Positions 13,705-28,707 of a DNA stretch of 64,000 bases are shown here, piece by piece. The stretch's first letter is position 1. Every line of letters starts with the position of its first letter. The notes beneath the pieces were generated by a model. The model searched no databases. It saw only the letters and a program-made list of their open reading frames with translations, and had not been told where the DNA came from. A program made the position numbers and the translations under genes. The stretch is from Eledone cirrhosa. Its lineage: Eukaryota. The stretch is taken from assembly GCA_964016885.1 (NCBI GenBank), contig OZ024754.1, positions 26,908,001-26,972,000 on the forward strand, in the 5' to 3' direction.

Positions 13705-14579
13705 CAGGGTGCGGACGATATTTGTTTGCTAGGAAAAAGTAACACAGTAGTTTTATTTTTTAATATTTATTTATCAAACTTGGGTCAGTTTGTCTTCATG
13801 ACTTGTTCTTTCGATCTCACTCGATAAACCTACCATTGACTTTGATGACGGCCTCAAGGCGGCCTCGGAACCGGCTACAAGCCTTCATCACTGTCCCCCG
13901 ACTTAGGCCCCTAAAGGCACTTGTGATCCTGGCCTTCAGATCGTCTTTCGTATTGCAGCTAGATCTGTTGGTGTCTCGTTCTACTGCGCCCCACACAAAG
14001 AAGTCGAGGGGTTGCAGTCAGGCAAGATGGGAGGTCAGATGTTAGGTGAAGTGTGGTCGGCGAAGTTCTCTGACAGCCAGGCTTGGGTTTTTCGGCTAGT
14101 ATGGCAGGGCGCTGAGTCTTGCTGCCACAATACGGCCTACCTGCAGCTACCTGGTCGATCCAGGGCTTTACTACCTCGCTCAGAACGCGGATGTAGCCAT
14201 CGGTGTTCAGCTTAAGGCCCTCAGGGAAGAAGTGAGGTGGCATGACGTCACCTTGACTGCTGATGACACCTAAGACCAATGTTGTCGCTGGAAACTTTGT
14301 CTGCATGACTCTGGGCACGTCTTTGGATGAGACAGCGAGCCACTTGTTGTTCTGGGAGTTGATCTACTGGTCTTATTTGTCCTCCCGGCGCGGATTCCAA
14401 GAAGAACTCCGTGTCTCTTCCACAAATTTGGAGATTCAAAATTATTCATAATCAATTATTCTGAAAATAAATAATGGAAATATAGTCACTGTTTTTATGA
14501 AGACGAGAGTGACAAAGGAAGTAAAAAAAAATTGCATAAAATTAGCAGTTGAAAATTGCGAACAAATACCGTCCACACC

Positions 14580-14582
<3 letters not shown>
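13705..14582 (-). mobile_element. Tc1/mariner maT-type (DD37D) transposon, internally deleted
   Basis: TIRs CAGGGTGCGGACGATATTTGTT / AACAAATACCGTCCACACCCTG with TA flanks. Transposase relic QQDSAPCH..(W)PP..PDCNPLDFFVW has 37 residues between the last two Asp after repairing a stop and frameshifts. Confidence 0.88.
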
Positions 14583-14633
<51 letters not shown>

Positions 14634-14773
14634 GTGTGTATAATGGTAGCTATGGTGCTTCCATAGGCGGTATGCCAAAATTAGCACTCAATATTCATAC
14701 AGAGCAGGAAACAATTGTAACACGCAATAAAATGAGTCCAGATGCATCACTGATTTTTCGTTTTTTTATATTA

Positions 14774-14822
<49 letters not shown>

Positions 14823-15170
14823 TGGCGGACTGGGCCTAAAAATATTGGTTTGCCAAGAGATGAAGGGGGCCCACCTACATATAGAATGCTATCATTTAAT
14901 TTTTATATGAATAAATAACATTTTCAAAAAATACATAAGTGGAAACAAAACAGTGCAATCAAATTTCTGCGGAAAAATATCTTACCTTCTCCAATAAAAA
15001 ATATGTATTTTGCGAAATCCAGAGACTTTCAATAATGACCTTTGGTCTTTCACCACACACACACACACACATATATATAGCAGGGCGTGTGTATGTGTGC
15101 ATGTACATGTGTATATATGTATACATAACATGTTTTTAATTTGTACAAAAATCTCTAGGGATCTAATTGA

Positions 15171-15249
<79 letters not shown>

Positions 15250-15278
15250 ATCAAAAGATGGTTAAAGGAGTTCCATGT

Positions 15279-15347
15279 ATTTTATTATGCGCATTTCAAA
15301 AACAAACATCATCATGCAATAATATTTGTGTTTTCATCAGATAAAAC
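15279..15347 (-). ncRNA. Type I hammerhead
   Basis: GTTTTAT CTGATGA AAACACAAATATTAT..ATGATGTTTGTTTTT GAAA TGCGCA TA|ATAAAAT. Confidence 0.8.
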
Positions 15348-15497
15348 AGGAGGACATGATATGAAGGCTAAAAAACACTTGTGGATAGTGCAGTTTTAAA
15401 TCAACATATGAGAAGTAGTTTTAGATTGATGTGTGATATTGGGAAAAATATCCGATATCTGCATTGCTTTATTGTACTACAATAAAACTCACCTCCT

Positions 15498-15607
<110 letters not shown>

Positions 15608-16689
15608 CTGTGCGTGTGTGTGTGTATGTATATATATACATATATATATACCACTTTCACAAAAAAATGATGAGACCAATAGAGATATGTACATTTATAT
15701 CTAAATATCGTTACATGTTTATTAATATGTGTGTATCTGAGTGTGTGCACATTTTTGTGATTGGAACCTGGAGCAATTGTATCACACAATCACACAATTA
15801 CACGTTCCTCCATAATGTACACTTACAATTTAAAAAAAAACAAACCCCCCACAAATAGAATAAAAATAAATAATTATAAATGGCGAGGAACTGGCTCTAG
15901 CTTCACAAGAAGAGATAACACAAGACACCACCCCATCTCCCTCTTGAAATAACCTGAATCTATTTATAGACAGGTGTCACTGAAAGGTCATTCCATATTT
16001 CCATTTTATTTCACAGAATTAGAAGCTTTGAATTCAGGACCAGTAAGGTAAGCATTCTGTAATTGTAAGCATCTTGTATCACTTACATTAATTCTTTTCA
16101 TTCTTTTCAAAGTGACCATATTAAACTATCGCATATACGTAACGTTAGTTCATTAACTTCAATAATTTACAAAATGAGAGTAAATAACGCTACAGTCCAT
16201 TCCCAAAATAACATTCACAAAATGTGTTAGAATTTCACCAAATTCTAAAATGGCCTCACATCTTCAGTCATAGAAGGCATTCGATCTTCAGCGGCCAGCC
16301 TCGCAGCCGAAATAGGCAGCAGTATCAACTACCACTACCATTAACAAGAGGAAGCCAACATCAGCAACAGGGACAATAACAACACCAGCAACAATATCAT
16401 ATATATTTTCAGCATTGATAGACTCATCTTTAGCCACATGGTTCTATGAGAAACTGTTAACATGCTCGCATATGTGCGTGCAGATCTCTGGGTCTTTCGG
16501 ATGGGAACAATCCCTGGTTTTGCTTGTCCACCTATTTGTTCATTTATTCATTTATTTACTAATTTTATTTACTTTCTCCATGCCCCGCCCTTTTCTGGCT
16601 TGTCTTCTGTTGCCTCCGGATCTGGTGTAGGTGAGCTATGAGGCCTCACTCATATCAGCACTTTCCCTTCCACCAACATACTGTTGAGC

Positions 16690-17160
16690 TTAGTCGATGA
16701 CAACCAGCCACTCGCACTTGATGCCGCTTGGTGTCCCAGTCCCCGGCCACACGCCCCATCCTCCATCCCCACCAGTCGACACCTGCAGCACTTGCAGCAC
16801 CACAAACAGGCGGAAGAGGCACCGGAACTGTTCGGGGTGCGGCTGTTTCCACCACCTCGCTTGTGTTGGCTTGACGCGTCAAGCCTCCAGTGCCGCGCTG
16901 CGTGGAGTTGCAGCAACTGTCTCTTCCCGTCGTCTGCTCAGCCACGGCTGTCTGGCACACCACCAGTTAAGAGAGCGAGCTTGTCTGATGCGCAAACCTC
17001 GGTGGTCAACATCGCTCGGCTCAGGCGACTCCGGCGGCTTTGGAAGGTTCCGCTCAAGATCCTGAGAGCAGCCTGGGTGCTGGTAGCCGATGCCCTCGCT
17101 TCCTCAGTTGTGAGAGCCCTGGACTCTAATCGAGCCAGCGACTGGACCACTTGCCATTGG
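16690..17160 (+). pseudogene. PHD-finger-bearing ORF fragment, probably the N-terminus of a non-LTR retrotransposon (CRE-like)
   Basis: GC-rich. TCSTC..NCSGCGCFHHLACVGL..(frameshift)WSCSNC is a C4HC3 finger, followed by KILRAAWVLVADALASSVVRALDSN..DW. Confidence 0.55.
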
Positions 17161-17691
17161 GCAACCTGGCAACCTGGCCAGTCCAACACTGTATATATTC
17201 CTTTGATTGGTTAATTATTTATGTTTGTTTAATAACGTCTAGTCGACAGCTTTTCACTCGGAATGTGGGAGGGAATTATTTTCTTTTGTTCACACTTTGA
17301 ATTTGCTCGCCAAAAACTGGGAGTTACTTCCCTTGTTGGAAATAACACGTGACATCGAAACACTGAATTCTGCTAATTGTAGCAGTTCGGCGTTGCACTC
17401 CACACCAGCCTGAGGCATAGAACAAAAAAACCTGCTGATGACGTGAATCCTTTATTCGATCATAGAATACCACAAGCTTGCATATTATATAAGTTGGATT
17501 GATGATTTCGATTTCATAGAAACCTATCGGACGTATTGCATAATATCGTTCGATTTGTCGAGGTCAGTTGTCTAACCTGATTTGTTTTTTCGTTGTTTTG
17601 GTATTGGGTGGTTAGGTTTTACTGCCGCAATTTTTAATTTGTCAAGCTGTCTAAACGAATGTTATTACTCTAAGGCCTGCCAACCCACCCA

Positions 17692-17882
17692 GGGCGGTGG
17701 ATTGGCAGTATCGGTAGAGGGTCGGACGCCATGCTTTCCAGCATAGTTACGTCCCTTTACGATCTGAGTTCAAATCCCGCCGAGGTTGACTTTGCGTTTC
17801 ATCCTTACGGGGTCGATAAAATAAAGTACCAGTAATGCACTGGATAATTGCTGGCCTTGTGCCTAAAAGTAGAAACAATTAC
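17692..17882 (+). mobile_element. Full-length SINE with TSD
   Basis: GGGCGGTGG..agaaacaatta; flanking repeat ttactctaaggcct..caaccc. Confidence 0.9.
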
Positions 17883-17965
17883 TCTAAGGCCTACAACCCT
17901 ATTGAGTTCTTTGCTGCACATTCCTAATTGTAGGTCGTTAGCTTCGATTTTACTAAGCTTCCACT

Positions 17966-18039
<74 letters not shown>

Positions 18040-18780
18040 CGTAGAACACTGGAAGGTAATATCAGTAGTGGTAGAGCACTCAGTCCATGGGACGAATTAG
18101 GTAAAAGTGGTTACACAACAGTTAGGTCACCATACCGAGAACAATTGTTTCACCTTAGCGGATCCTCAGCTCGTAATGGACATGGTTATACGGAACAGGA
18201 AGGTCAACTGCATGAACACACATGCGCAGAAACGGTCACTTCACCCAGGCAATACAAAACTGCGTGCGAGAGTTGTAAGGGAGATAACTGCGAATGTCCG
18301 AAAGGTTCTAGTTGATAAGAAAATTAGGATGTTGTTGATATTTAATCCGTAGCTTTGTAGTTATGTAAGAGGTGTTTCCAGACATGTGGACAACGCGTGA
18401 AGAATTAATTTCTTGAGTTAAGGCATTCGTTATTGCGTAATCTCTTTAGAATATTTATCCGTTTATCAATACATAGTCCACAAGACGGATTGCCCCTTGC
18501 GTATGGCTTGGACTTAGTGATGGCTTTCCATTGAATGGAGTAGTCTATACTTGAGTCCTTGAGGGACCATACGTGGCTCGCGAGTTTCGTGTGTGATCGT
18601 TTGTCCGGGTACCTAAAGGTCGACTGATGGTTCAGGAAGCGTTCCTTAAATCGGCCCTCCGCCATACCCACATAGGATTTGACCTCCTGTGGTTGATTTG
18701 GTCGGTTGGAAGTGACCACAGCTTCATAAACTACAGCGGGTGTGTAGCATTGCTGTTGAAGGGGACAAACTTCAGGATCA
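18040..18780 (-). mobile_element. Penelope-like element (Neptune-type) 3' end: GIY-YIG endonuclease plus terminal repeat with hammerhead
   Basis: CPLQQQCYTPAVVY..SYVGMAEGRFKERFLNH..TKLASHVWSLK..CGLC..LNSRN. Hammerhead at 18136-18173; ends at (TC)n(TA)n. Confidence 0.9.
18136..18173 (-). ncRNA. Minimal hammerhead in Penelope terminal repeat
   Basis: CGAG CTGAGGA TCCGCTAAGGT GAAA CAATTG TT|CTCG; second copy on plus at 30096-30133. Confidence 0.75.
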
Positions 18781-19285
18781 CACACCCACACACACACCCA
18801 CTCATAAATATATATATATACACGCGTGTAACTGTATATATAATCGTATATGTATACACACACTTGAAGCATCAGCAGACACTTTCGCTTTCTTTAATCA
18901 TCAGAATTTATATCACCACACAATTCCTTTCTATTCAATTACTTTTGGTTGACATAAATGGATCATTATTTCCCGGAAGTCAAATGTCAAGGTTGAACAT
19001 GATTGTATGATCAATGCTATGGAAGAAAAGTTGTTTTACTGTAAAGACAATATCTTCTTATATTTGAGAAAACAATGGGTTATTTATTCTTTTACTCTTG
19101 TACTTGTTTCATTAGACTGCGGCCATCTTTGACCTTTCCTGCGATATACTCAATAATATCAACCCAAGTACTTATAAGTTCTCTTTTTTCAAGTCTGGTA
19201 CATATTCTATCGGTCATTTATTCTTGAAATGTTAGGTTACGGAACATAAACAGAGAAACAAACGTAAGCAAGGACACTTACACAC

Positions 19286-19409
<124 letters not shown>

Positions 19410-19854
19410 CTATATATATATATATATCGACCTGGGTAGTTCCAGAGGAACCACGGTACCTCTGGCGTCGGGTCTCAGTTCTTGTCTGCTCTATGGGTAA
19501 GTTCCCAGGGGTTGGGGTGACCCGACTCGCCTCACGCGTATGAGTCCGTTCATCCATAGAGCTACCATTAGTTCTGCCATGTCTCATCCCGCCTTGGGCT
19601 GTCCTAAGTCTACTATAATTCATCGCAACTATTTTCTGGGCTATGTTACTGGTTGTGGAGTAGGACAGCTTGATGGTATTCCTATTGAATATTTTATAGT
19701 ATGGGAATATTTTATAGTATGGAATATTTTATAGTATGGGAACGTACCCATAGAACAGACAAGAACTTAGACCCGACACCAGAGGTACCGTGGTTCCTCT
19801 GGAACTACCCAGGTCGATATCTACGACTGTAAGGTATCCACTTTAGATAGATCC

Positions 19855-20180
19855 TTCAGGTATGTTGAGGCAACTGCCACTGAATTTAAGGATAGATGAT
19901 ATAATCACCACCGTACTTTTAATAGATTAGATAAAAAAAATAGCACGGCGCTTTCTGAATTAGTCTGGAAGCTTAAACAACAGAATATAGAGCACTCCTT
20001 ATCCTGGTCCATAATTTGCTCAGCCAAGCCTTATAACGGCAGCACGGGCGTCTGTAATTTATGTATAGCTGAAACCTTTAATATTATTAGAGGCGGCCCT
20101 CTATTAATCAATAGGGGAGCGGATTTTTTCAGCAATTGCCAACATAGAACCCCGAAAACCTTCCGCAGGATTTTTGGAAA
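19855..20180 (+). mobile_element. Penelope-like GIY-YIG C-terminal fragment, preceded by inverted repeat 19425-19500 / 19745-19820
   Basis: ..TEFKDR*YNHHRTF..STALSELVWKLK..AKPYNGSTGVCNLCIAE..CQH, homologous to the 62611-63408 ORF. Confidence 0.85.
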
Positions 20181-22697
20181 GTAACCTACCACTAACTCCT
20201 CCCTTTTTACCTTAGCCATAGAGTTCTCTCAATTAGCAAAAAACAGACAATCACACATAGGAATAGATGTAAACATACACAGATACGTACACCAGGTCCG
20301 AACACAGAGGAGCCGAACTCCCCTTTATACATACACCCCCCACACACATATATATATATGTATATATGAGCAAAAATAGATGGAGGAGAAGGCAATACAT
20401 TCAAAAACAAAATTTACTCCTTACACGGTGTTTCATCTACGCGATATCAATATAACAGTTCTATCTCTATATATATATGTGTGTACGTATGAATATATAT
20501 TGTTATAAGGGATATTTTCATAGAATCTTCAGAGAAGACACATTATTGTTTTTAATGATGTTGATGGAAGTTAGTCCAATTTAAATAACAGCGAACGAAA
20601 TTTACCATTACTGGAATAATTATTCCTTTAGAGGAATACTCATAGATAAAAACACGTCAGAGTGCATGCCTTAGATCGAACGATTTGAATTAGGTCTAAT
20701 TTGTAAATCTAAAATGGCGGTTACAAAAGGGCATAATTAACTAAGGGAAGTAACTATTGTGCATTTATCACAAAAAAAAGGGGAAAAATATTTTTTAATC
20801 AAGACATGCCAATTAAGTAACATTGATAGAGTTGATGTTAAGGTGGTGTGTTGTGGGCTGTAGTTTACAGTTCCCAGTAAATAACTAATTATGAGCAGCA
20901 GTGATTTAGATAATCTGGCTAATCTATAGGTAATAGCTAATAGGGGGTATATTTTAGGGTTGAGGGGGGAGAAAATGGGTTGAACATTAAGATGGTTAAA
21001 TGCGATGGTTAAATAAGATGGTTAAATTAGAGAAAGAGTAGGGTAGCCTATATATATATATATATATATATAGAAGTGGTTACACAGCAGTTAGTTAACC
21101 ACTTCTACCTAATTCGTCCCATGGACTGAGTGCTCTACCACTACGGATATTACCTTCCAGTGTTCTACCTCTCTCTCTCTCTCTATCCCCCCTCTCTCTC
21201 TCTTTTCCTGTATATATATATATATATAGTTGCTTGGCATATAACGTTTAGTTACTGATGGTTTACTAGTTTAAGCACTCAATGGTATTACGTGGACCCG
21301 GTTACCAATGTAGGACTCGTCCTTGTGACGTCGGCGGCTTTGGTATCCGTAACAACAACAACAACAACAACAACAATAATAAGTGGGAGCGAAGTATCAA
21401 TTTAGCATTCACCTGTGATGTACGTTTCTCCATCGATCAGTTCAAGGTAAGATCTGTCACGATTGGGCCTAACTCTGGAATCGATAGCTCACTATAGGAC
21501 TCTGCAGTTTCTGTCTACTACATTCTATTCACAAGGGATTGGTCACCTTGACGCTAAAATGGAAGGTACTTTTTACCTGAGGTCTTTCCACGAAGCAGTA
21601 CTGAGCCAAAAATCTAATGGTTGTGAAGCGAAATCAGCTATGATTGTGCCTATATATATCGATAGGCTGCGAATTGGCAGAGTCGTAAGAACGTCAGATC
21701 GAATGTTTTATGGTATTCGTTCCAACTCTCTACTCTCTGAGTTCAAATATCGCCCAGGTCAACTTTGCCTGTCATCTTTTTGAGGTCGATAAAAAAGTAC
21801 CAGTCTAGTACTGGGGTCGATTCTTTCTCTATATCTCTTTCTAATTTCCTCTCTCTTACTTTCTATCTTTCTCTGAAAGAAATCTGCTGTACTCAAGCCT
21901 GGAGAGTGGTGGGATCCACCAGGCTTAAAAGTGCCCCCAAAAGACCGTAAGTCAATACGGCGCCCCTACGACTTTATCAGGAGTTACAGGAGCATACATA
22001 CATACAAACATACATATCGATATGATTTTCTTTTTAACTTTTTGCTCAATTCTTTACGAAACTTCTTTAATCAGATCTTCGTAGCTATATCAATCTATTT
22101 ATTAAAAAGAAAATGATCCTTAAAATCAATACAAATTCCCATGAATTATCAACCTATATGGATAAAACTGTCTAAATCAATTGCACTTATATATTCCTTT
22201 ACTCTTCTCATTTTCATTTTCGTGTTTTTTTCCCCGAGTAAAATTATTTGAAAATAATTGAATTTTCGATCACATACTGATAACATTCCTCAATTTTAAT
22301 TGGTTAATAGCCATATTCATATTGTCTATAATTCAATCGTGGAATTAGAATAATTGCTCTTTGATGTATAATAATACCCCCCCCCCCCAAAAAAAAAAAA
22401 CAAAAAAAACACACACTCTCTCTCTCGCACATGTTAGAAGACATTCTTAGTTTCAATCTGATTTTCAATTTAGAGTAATAGAAGTTGTTTACTTTTCTAA
22501 GCATAGGCATGTCTGTATAATTAAGGAGTTTGCTTACGTGGTTTCGAATTCATTTGCACAGTCAGACATCTTTGGTGATCTTCTACTACAACCAACGACC
22601 CACTGAACAATGCCTTGCGGGTTGAATGTGGTAGACGTAAATTGTAGAAGCTTGTCATATATGTACACACACATGCAGGCACACGCGCGCGCACATG

Positions 22698-22826
<129 letters not shown>

Positions 22827-24298
22827 GATCGGTAACGGGTTGACTTTGAATGTTTTGTATATCCGGCTTAGAATAATTAGGATTAAGTGCTTCGGTATTT
22901 GTCCCTGCACACTGCTCTCTGAATTCATATCCCGATGAGGCCAGCTTTGCATTTCAGCCTTTCAATATAATACGAGTCCAAAACTGGAGTCGATTCTGTC
23001 TCTCTATGAAAGAAATTGATTGTGTTAAAATGAGGTTCAATGTGCCCAATACATTCTAGGTGTCTAAACTGCGCCCCTACGACTCCATTAAAGGTTTGGG
23101 ATTCTTTATTTTCCTTTGCATATCTTAACGCAACACTCCCAATAACCACAAAAGCTATATGACTTAACAATGCTAAAAACACATTGGCCAACATCTTACG
23201 AGATGATTTGTTTTCTTTTTCAGCCTAGTTTCTATTTCAGGGTGGGTACCTAGCTAAGGTGCTCGGAACACGATCGTAAGGTTGTGAGTTCGATTCCCAG
23301 TGTCTTTGGGCATTAGACTGTATTTCACGTTGCTCCAGTCTACTCAGCTGACAAAAACAAGTTGTATCTGTAATTCAAAGGACCAGCCTTGTCTTACACA
23401 CACACACACACACACAGATACACACAGAGAGTGGATCATGCTTAATCTCCCTGAGATACATTAATGGTATACGTTTCTGTGGAATGCTCAACCACTTGCA
23501 CGCTGATTTCACGAGCAGGCTGCGCCAGTTAGTCAACAACCGGAACACTCATCGTAGGAACCGACGGAGGTCCAACACAATCTATTTAATAATTTTTTTC
23601 TCTTTTTCTTGGTTTGTTTTTTCTTTTATTTTCCTTTGTGTGGACCTCGCAATAGAATCTCGTCCTCAGGCTCCCAATGTTTAAAAATGATTTCATAAAC
23701 ATCACTACGTACCACTAACTAGCAGGCATAACTATTTGTTTGATTTCTACTTTGATGTTCAAAGGTATCAAAGCAGAATTGAACACGTTTTATTGTAAGT
23801 AGCTCATGCCATTAGCAATAGTTCACACCAAAAATACTATACATTCAAGCGTTCACGTTAATCATATATAAATCGGGAAAGTCTTATGGCCTACATGTAA
23901 TTATTAGTTTCCTCGCATCCTTAATTAGAAAGAATGGTAATAATGACTATAATAATGAATAAAGAAAGAAATATAATAAACGAGGCGTTACAACAGAAAT
24001 ATATCAAACATAACTGAAGACGATTTATTTAAAGAATAGAGTGATAAAAATAAATCTTAACTTCATAAGACTAAAATGAAAGACAGGCATGGTTGTATGT
24101 GCTTTCGGGTTCAGTGCCTTTGTTTTATTAGCCTGATTAGATTATTCTCAGCAAAATATTAGATATGTGGTTTTCTATGATAGTGTCAGCGTGTATGCAG
24201 CAATTTTCTCATTGAACAATGATAGAACCACGTTATCGTTACATTATATATCGATCTTTTTTTCTCTCTCTCTCTATATATATATATACTATATATAT

Positions 24299-24378
24299 AT
24301 AGGATGTCCCCCCAAAATGTATACACACTTTGATTAGAATGGTGTTGAAGTATGTATAGATTTTTCTGGGACAACCTG
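24299..24378. mobile_element. Tiny Tc1/mariner-type MITE
   Basis: Imperfect TIRs aggatgtcccccaaaatgtatacacactt / aagtatgtatagatttttctgggacaacctg, within TA context. Confidence 0.55.
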
Positions 24379-24417
24379 TATATATATATAAAGGTATAAA
24401 TAAATATATATATATAC

Positions 24418-24509
<92 letters not shown>

Positions 24510-24660
24510 ATAATATATATATTTTTAAATAACAGCTATTCTTTGCTTATATTTTAATCTGTTATTTTAATAAATATTTGCTCTAGGGTTCTTATATATT
24601 TGATATATATTTATCCGTATCGAGCCTTCTTTGGATTTTAGTCTTCACATTTATTATTAT

Positions 24661-24700
<40 letters not shown>

Positions 24701-24758
24701 ATAATAATAAATGTGAAGACTAAAATCCAAAGAAGGCTCGATACGGATAAATATATAT

Positions 24759-24810
<52 letters not shown>

Positions 24811-25056
24811 TAAACGAAATAGAAAATGCTGACAAATTGTTCACAGTTGAAAAATGGTTTAATTAGGAATAAAAGAGTATTAGTGATTGTATGGGTTAGT
24901 ATTCAGTTGTGGTTTTAAGTTAAAACTTAAAACCACAACCATACAATCACTAATACTCTTTTATTCCTAATTAAACCATTTTTCAACTGTGAACAATTTG
25001 TCAGCATTTTCTATTCCGTTTACCAATATATAATAACTTGTGTGTTACACCTCTAT

Positions 25057-25096
<40 letters not shown>

Positions 25097-25279
25097 ATAA
25101 TATATATATTTTTAAATAACAGCGATTCTTTGCTTATATTTTAATCTGTTATTTTAATAAATATATGCTCTAGGGTTCTTATATATTTGATATATATTTA
25201 TCCGTATCGAGCCTTCTTTGGATTTTAGTCTTCACATTTATTATTATTACTATATATATATATATATATATATATTAGG

Positions 25280-25354
<75 letters not shown>

Positions 25355-25510
25355 ATAATAATAAATGTGAAGACTAAAATCCAAAGAAGGCTCGATACGG
25401 ATAAATATATATCAAATATATAAGAACCCTAGAGCAAATATTTATTAAAATAACAGATTAAAATATAAGCAAAGAATCGCTGTTATTTTTATATATATAT
25501 TTTTATATAT

Positions 25511-25678
25511 AGAGGGTCGGACGCCATGCTTTGAAGCATAGAGTTACCTCTCTGTATGATCTGAGTTCAAATCCCGCCGAGGTTAACTTTGCCTTTCATC
25601 CTTACGGGGTCGATAAAATAAAGTACCAGTAATGCACTGGGTAATTGCTGGCCTTGTGCCAAAAGTAGAAATAATTAC
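25511..25678 (+). mobile_element. SINE, 5'-truncated
   Basis: Matches family core and tail. Confidence 0.85.
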
Positions 25679-26220
25679 TATATATATATATATATATGTA
25701 TATATAAACAAATCGTAGAAAGGAAAAATATTTTTTCAGTAGAAAATGCTGAAGAGATTCTTTCAGTATAATATCAAAACATTTATTTATAAAGTGTATA
25801 TTTCCGCATTTAATAATACCGGTTTCAGCATTATATGCTTTTTTTTTAGTTGACTGACAGAAGTAGTAGTTTTTTGGTTCTGACTACTACTAGTCAAAAC
25901 CACCAGTCACAACCAAAAAAATTAAAACTATTACTTCTGTGAGCCAACTAACAGAGAATGAAGGACAAACATGGACAGAAATATGAACTATCCTCTCTAA
26001 ATATGCATGTAAAATCTCATAATTTTTCTTCCCCTTTTTATTATTCGTATAGATATGCAACATAACTACATTATGCATACCCGCAGTTGAAAAAGTTATA
26101 AATAAATGTTTTGATATTATACTGAAAGAATCTCTTCAGCATTTTCTACTGAAACAATCTTTTTCCTTTCTACTATTTGTTTTTATATATATTAACTCGT
26201 GTGTTACTTTTCTACATTAC

Positions 26221-26275
<55 letters not shown>

Positions 26276-26639
26276 ATTAGGATTGGTGCTCTGAAAGAGC
26301 GAGGTATACATGAATGTATGTATAGTATATTTGGCAATATACCGTATGTTTAATTAAAAACATTTAGAAGACCATACGCTATCGGTTTTAAAGTAGTGAC
26401 TATATCACTTACTTCTTTTTGGTGAAAAAAGGGAGAGAAGCTAACAGTCTGTTCCACGCTAGTTGGCGATCATCAGAACCACGCACCCCCTGCTTCCGCC
26501 GAAAATTATAGAAGCTGGATTCTTATAGAATTCCAGTAATAATCAGGAACTGATTATACAGAGCGATTGCCGGTCTAGCAAAAATTAGGTATTAGGATTG
26601 GTGTTCTGAAATAGCGATGTACACATGAATGTATGTATA

Positions 26640-27258
26640 AAGTTTTGGCTTGTGAGGTTGTCTCTTACCCTCACAAAGCTCGCCATACAAGAGTTGTTTT
26701 GGGATTCGATCATCCTCCATTCTGCAGAGGTGTCCGGTCCATTGCAAACGCCGTTGGTGGATGATACTCTCAATGCTCCGACACTCACTTCTCTCAAGGA
26801 CCTCAGCATCACTTACATGCATCTGCCACTTGATTCCGAGCATCATTCTGAGACACTGCTGGTGAAATCGTTCCAGTCTGTGCATATGCCGTTTGTAGGC
26901 AACCCATGTCTCACATGCACAGCAAAGCTGACAGTACACATACAACATACACTCTCACCTTGGTCCTCATTGTGAATTGAAGTGCCCTGAGTGTGGAAAA
27001 ATTTGTTTGAGCAAATCTGGTCTCAGGAGCCACAGTCGCAGCCATGTTCAAAGAGAACCACTGAACTATGATCTCCACGGTGTTGTGAGGGTTCACGAGC
27101 AACATGATGAAGGACCTCAAGCCAGGGAGAACCATAGTTGTCGTCAGTTTGTGAAGGAGTGCAAGTCTCTAGCAGGCTTGAAAAGCGATATCCGAGTGTC
27201 ACACATCTGAATCTGACAAGCGATTGTAATACTCTTGGCAGAGTTTGCAGTCATCATG
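26640..27258. mobile_element. RTE-clade LINE 3' end with inversion (RT C-terminus on minus 26640-26974; C2H2 fingers and tail on plus 26975-27258)
   Basis: CETW..LERFHQQCLR..RRLQWTGHLCRMEDDRIPKQLLYGEL; CPECGKICLSKSGLRSHSRSH. Confidence 0.85.
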
Positions 27259-28094
27259 TATAAAGTAGTACATAGTCACTACTTTAAAACCGATAGCGTA
27301 TGGTCTTCTAAATGTTTTTAATTAAACATACGGTACATTGCCAAATATATTATACATACATTAAATAAAGATGAAAATGCGAAGTTGAAGATGTTAGACG
27401 CCTTTATTAATTGAGCCGTTGACAATAAACATCGTGATCTCTTCAGACAGCAAAATGTGATTAAAAGGTAACATTTCTGGGGCAAATTAATGTGGAAGGG
27501 AGCGGACTAAAAAAATTGTGTTTTTGCTCTGATTTCCCGCCCCTTTCTGGTTTCGGGTCATCTCGACAGCACTGCGCAGTCGCAGGGTGTGTGGCTGACA
27601 ACCCAACCTTGTTTGTTGACTCGATATGGTCAGTGGGTCTCAAGCCAGCTAAAATTTACTGCTAGTTTTGGTAACCAGTGGGATTTCGGTGCATTTGTAC
27701 CCGCTATCCGTTTATGGTGGGATAATCACCCCAAAGCGAGAAAGTTCCCTTCTGCTATGGTTAATATAACTTATAGAAAATATTTAAAGTTTCACAACCC
27801 GAAAAAATTTCGAAATTTCAGACGTTAAAAGTTAAAAGTTAGGAGTCCATACAACTAGACAACATTCAATATGTTAAGAATAAGAATAATATCTGTACCC
27901 TTGTCGTGGATGACAGGTAATATTTAAAGAATCTAATGTAACGAATGTAATAATTAAACGAGTGTAAAAATTAAACAATGTTACAGTTGGTATCCCGGTC
28001 AATCCGGTGGAGACAAAAGATACGTTGATGATTTAAGGAAAAATGTACAAGTAAGGAAGAACGGGGGAAAAGGGGGACTATAAATAGAATAAAA

Positions 28095-28283
28095 TAATTG
28101 TTTCTACTTTTGGCACAAGGCCAGCAATTACCCAGTGCATTACTGGTACTTTATTTTATCGACCCCGTAAGGATGAAAGGCAAAATTAACCTCGGCGGGA
28201 TTTGAACTCAGATCGTAAAGGGACGTAACTATGCTGGAAAGCATGGCGTCCGACCCTCTACCGATACTGCCAATCCACCGCCC
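28095..28283 (-). mobile_element. Full-length SINE with 18-bp TSD
   Basis: TSD taaatagaataaaataat at 28081-28098 and 28284-28301. Confidence 0.92.
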
Positions 28284-28656
28284 TAAATAGAATAAAATAA
28301 TGGGGAAAAATATGAATATAAGGTAAAAGGTAAAAATGATTTATAGAGAGAATGAAGGAGAGGAAATGCAGGAAACATAAAAATAAAAAATAAAGGGGAA
28401 AATCCGTGATAAATGTCTGAGTGGGGGCGAGTTATAGAGAGTCAGTTATATTCACAGTGCTTCGGATGTTTTGGTCCGTGCAGTTGCAGCCGGGTGAACC
28501 TCATAGGCTTTCCGTGGCTATATGAGGTGGGGTGGGACTCGACAGGAGATCTGCCTTCCAGGGTGTTGTATGGAGGATAAGAGGTAGTTGTTGCATTTTT
28601 AATCTGCTTTCTTCCACATAAAAAGCCTCAGAAACGTTATCTTTTAATCAATTTTT

Positions 28657-28707
28657 GCTGTCTGAAGAGATCAGGATGTTTATCGTCATTGAAATATATA
28701 TAACGGC
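28657..28707 (+). ncRNA. Type I hammerhead
   Basis: GCTGT CTGAAGA GAT..ATT GAAA TATATA TA|ACGGC. Confidence 0.7.

Noticed and set aside
17430-17570. Long hammerhead (CTGATGA..GAAA CCT..AGG TC)
   Set aside because: Stem I does not pair; at best a decayed copy. The same applies to 37515-37555 (CAGATGA) and 34180-34235 (CCTATGA).
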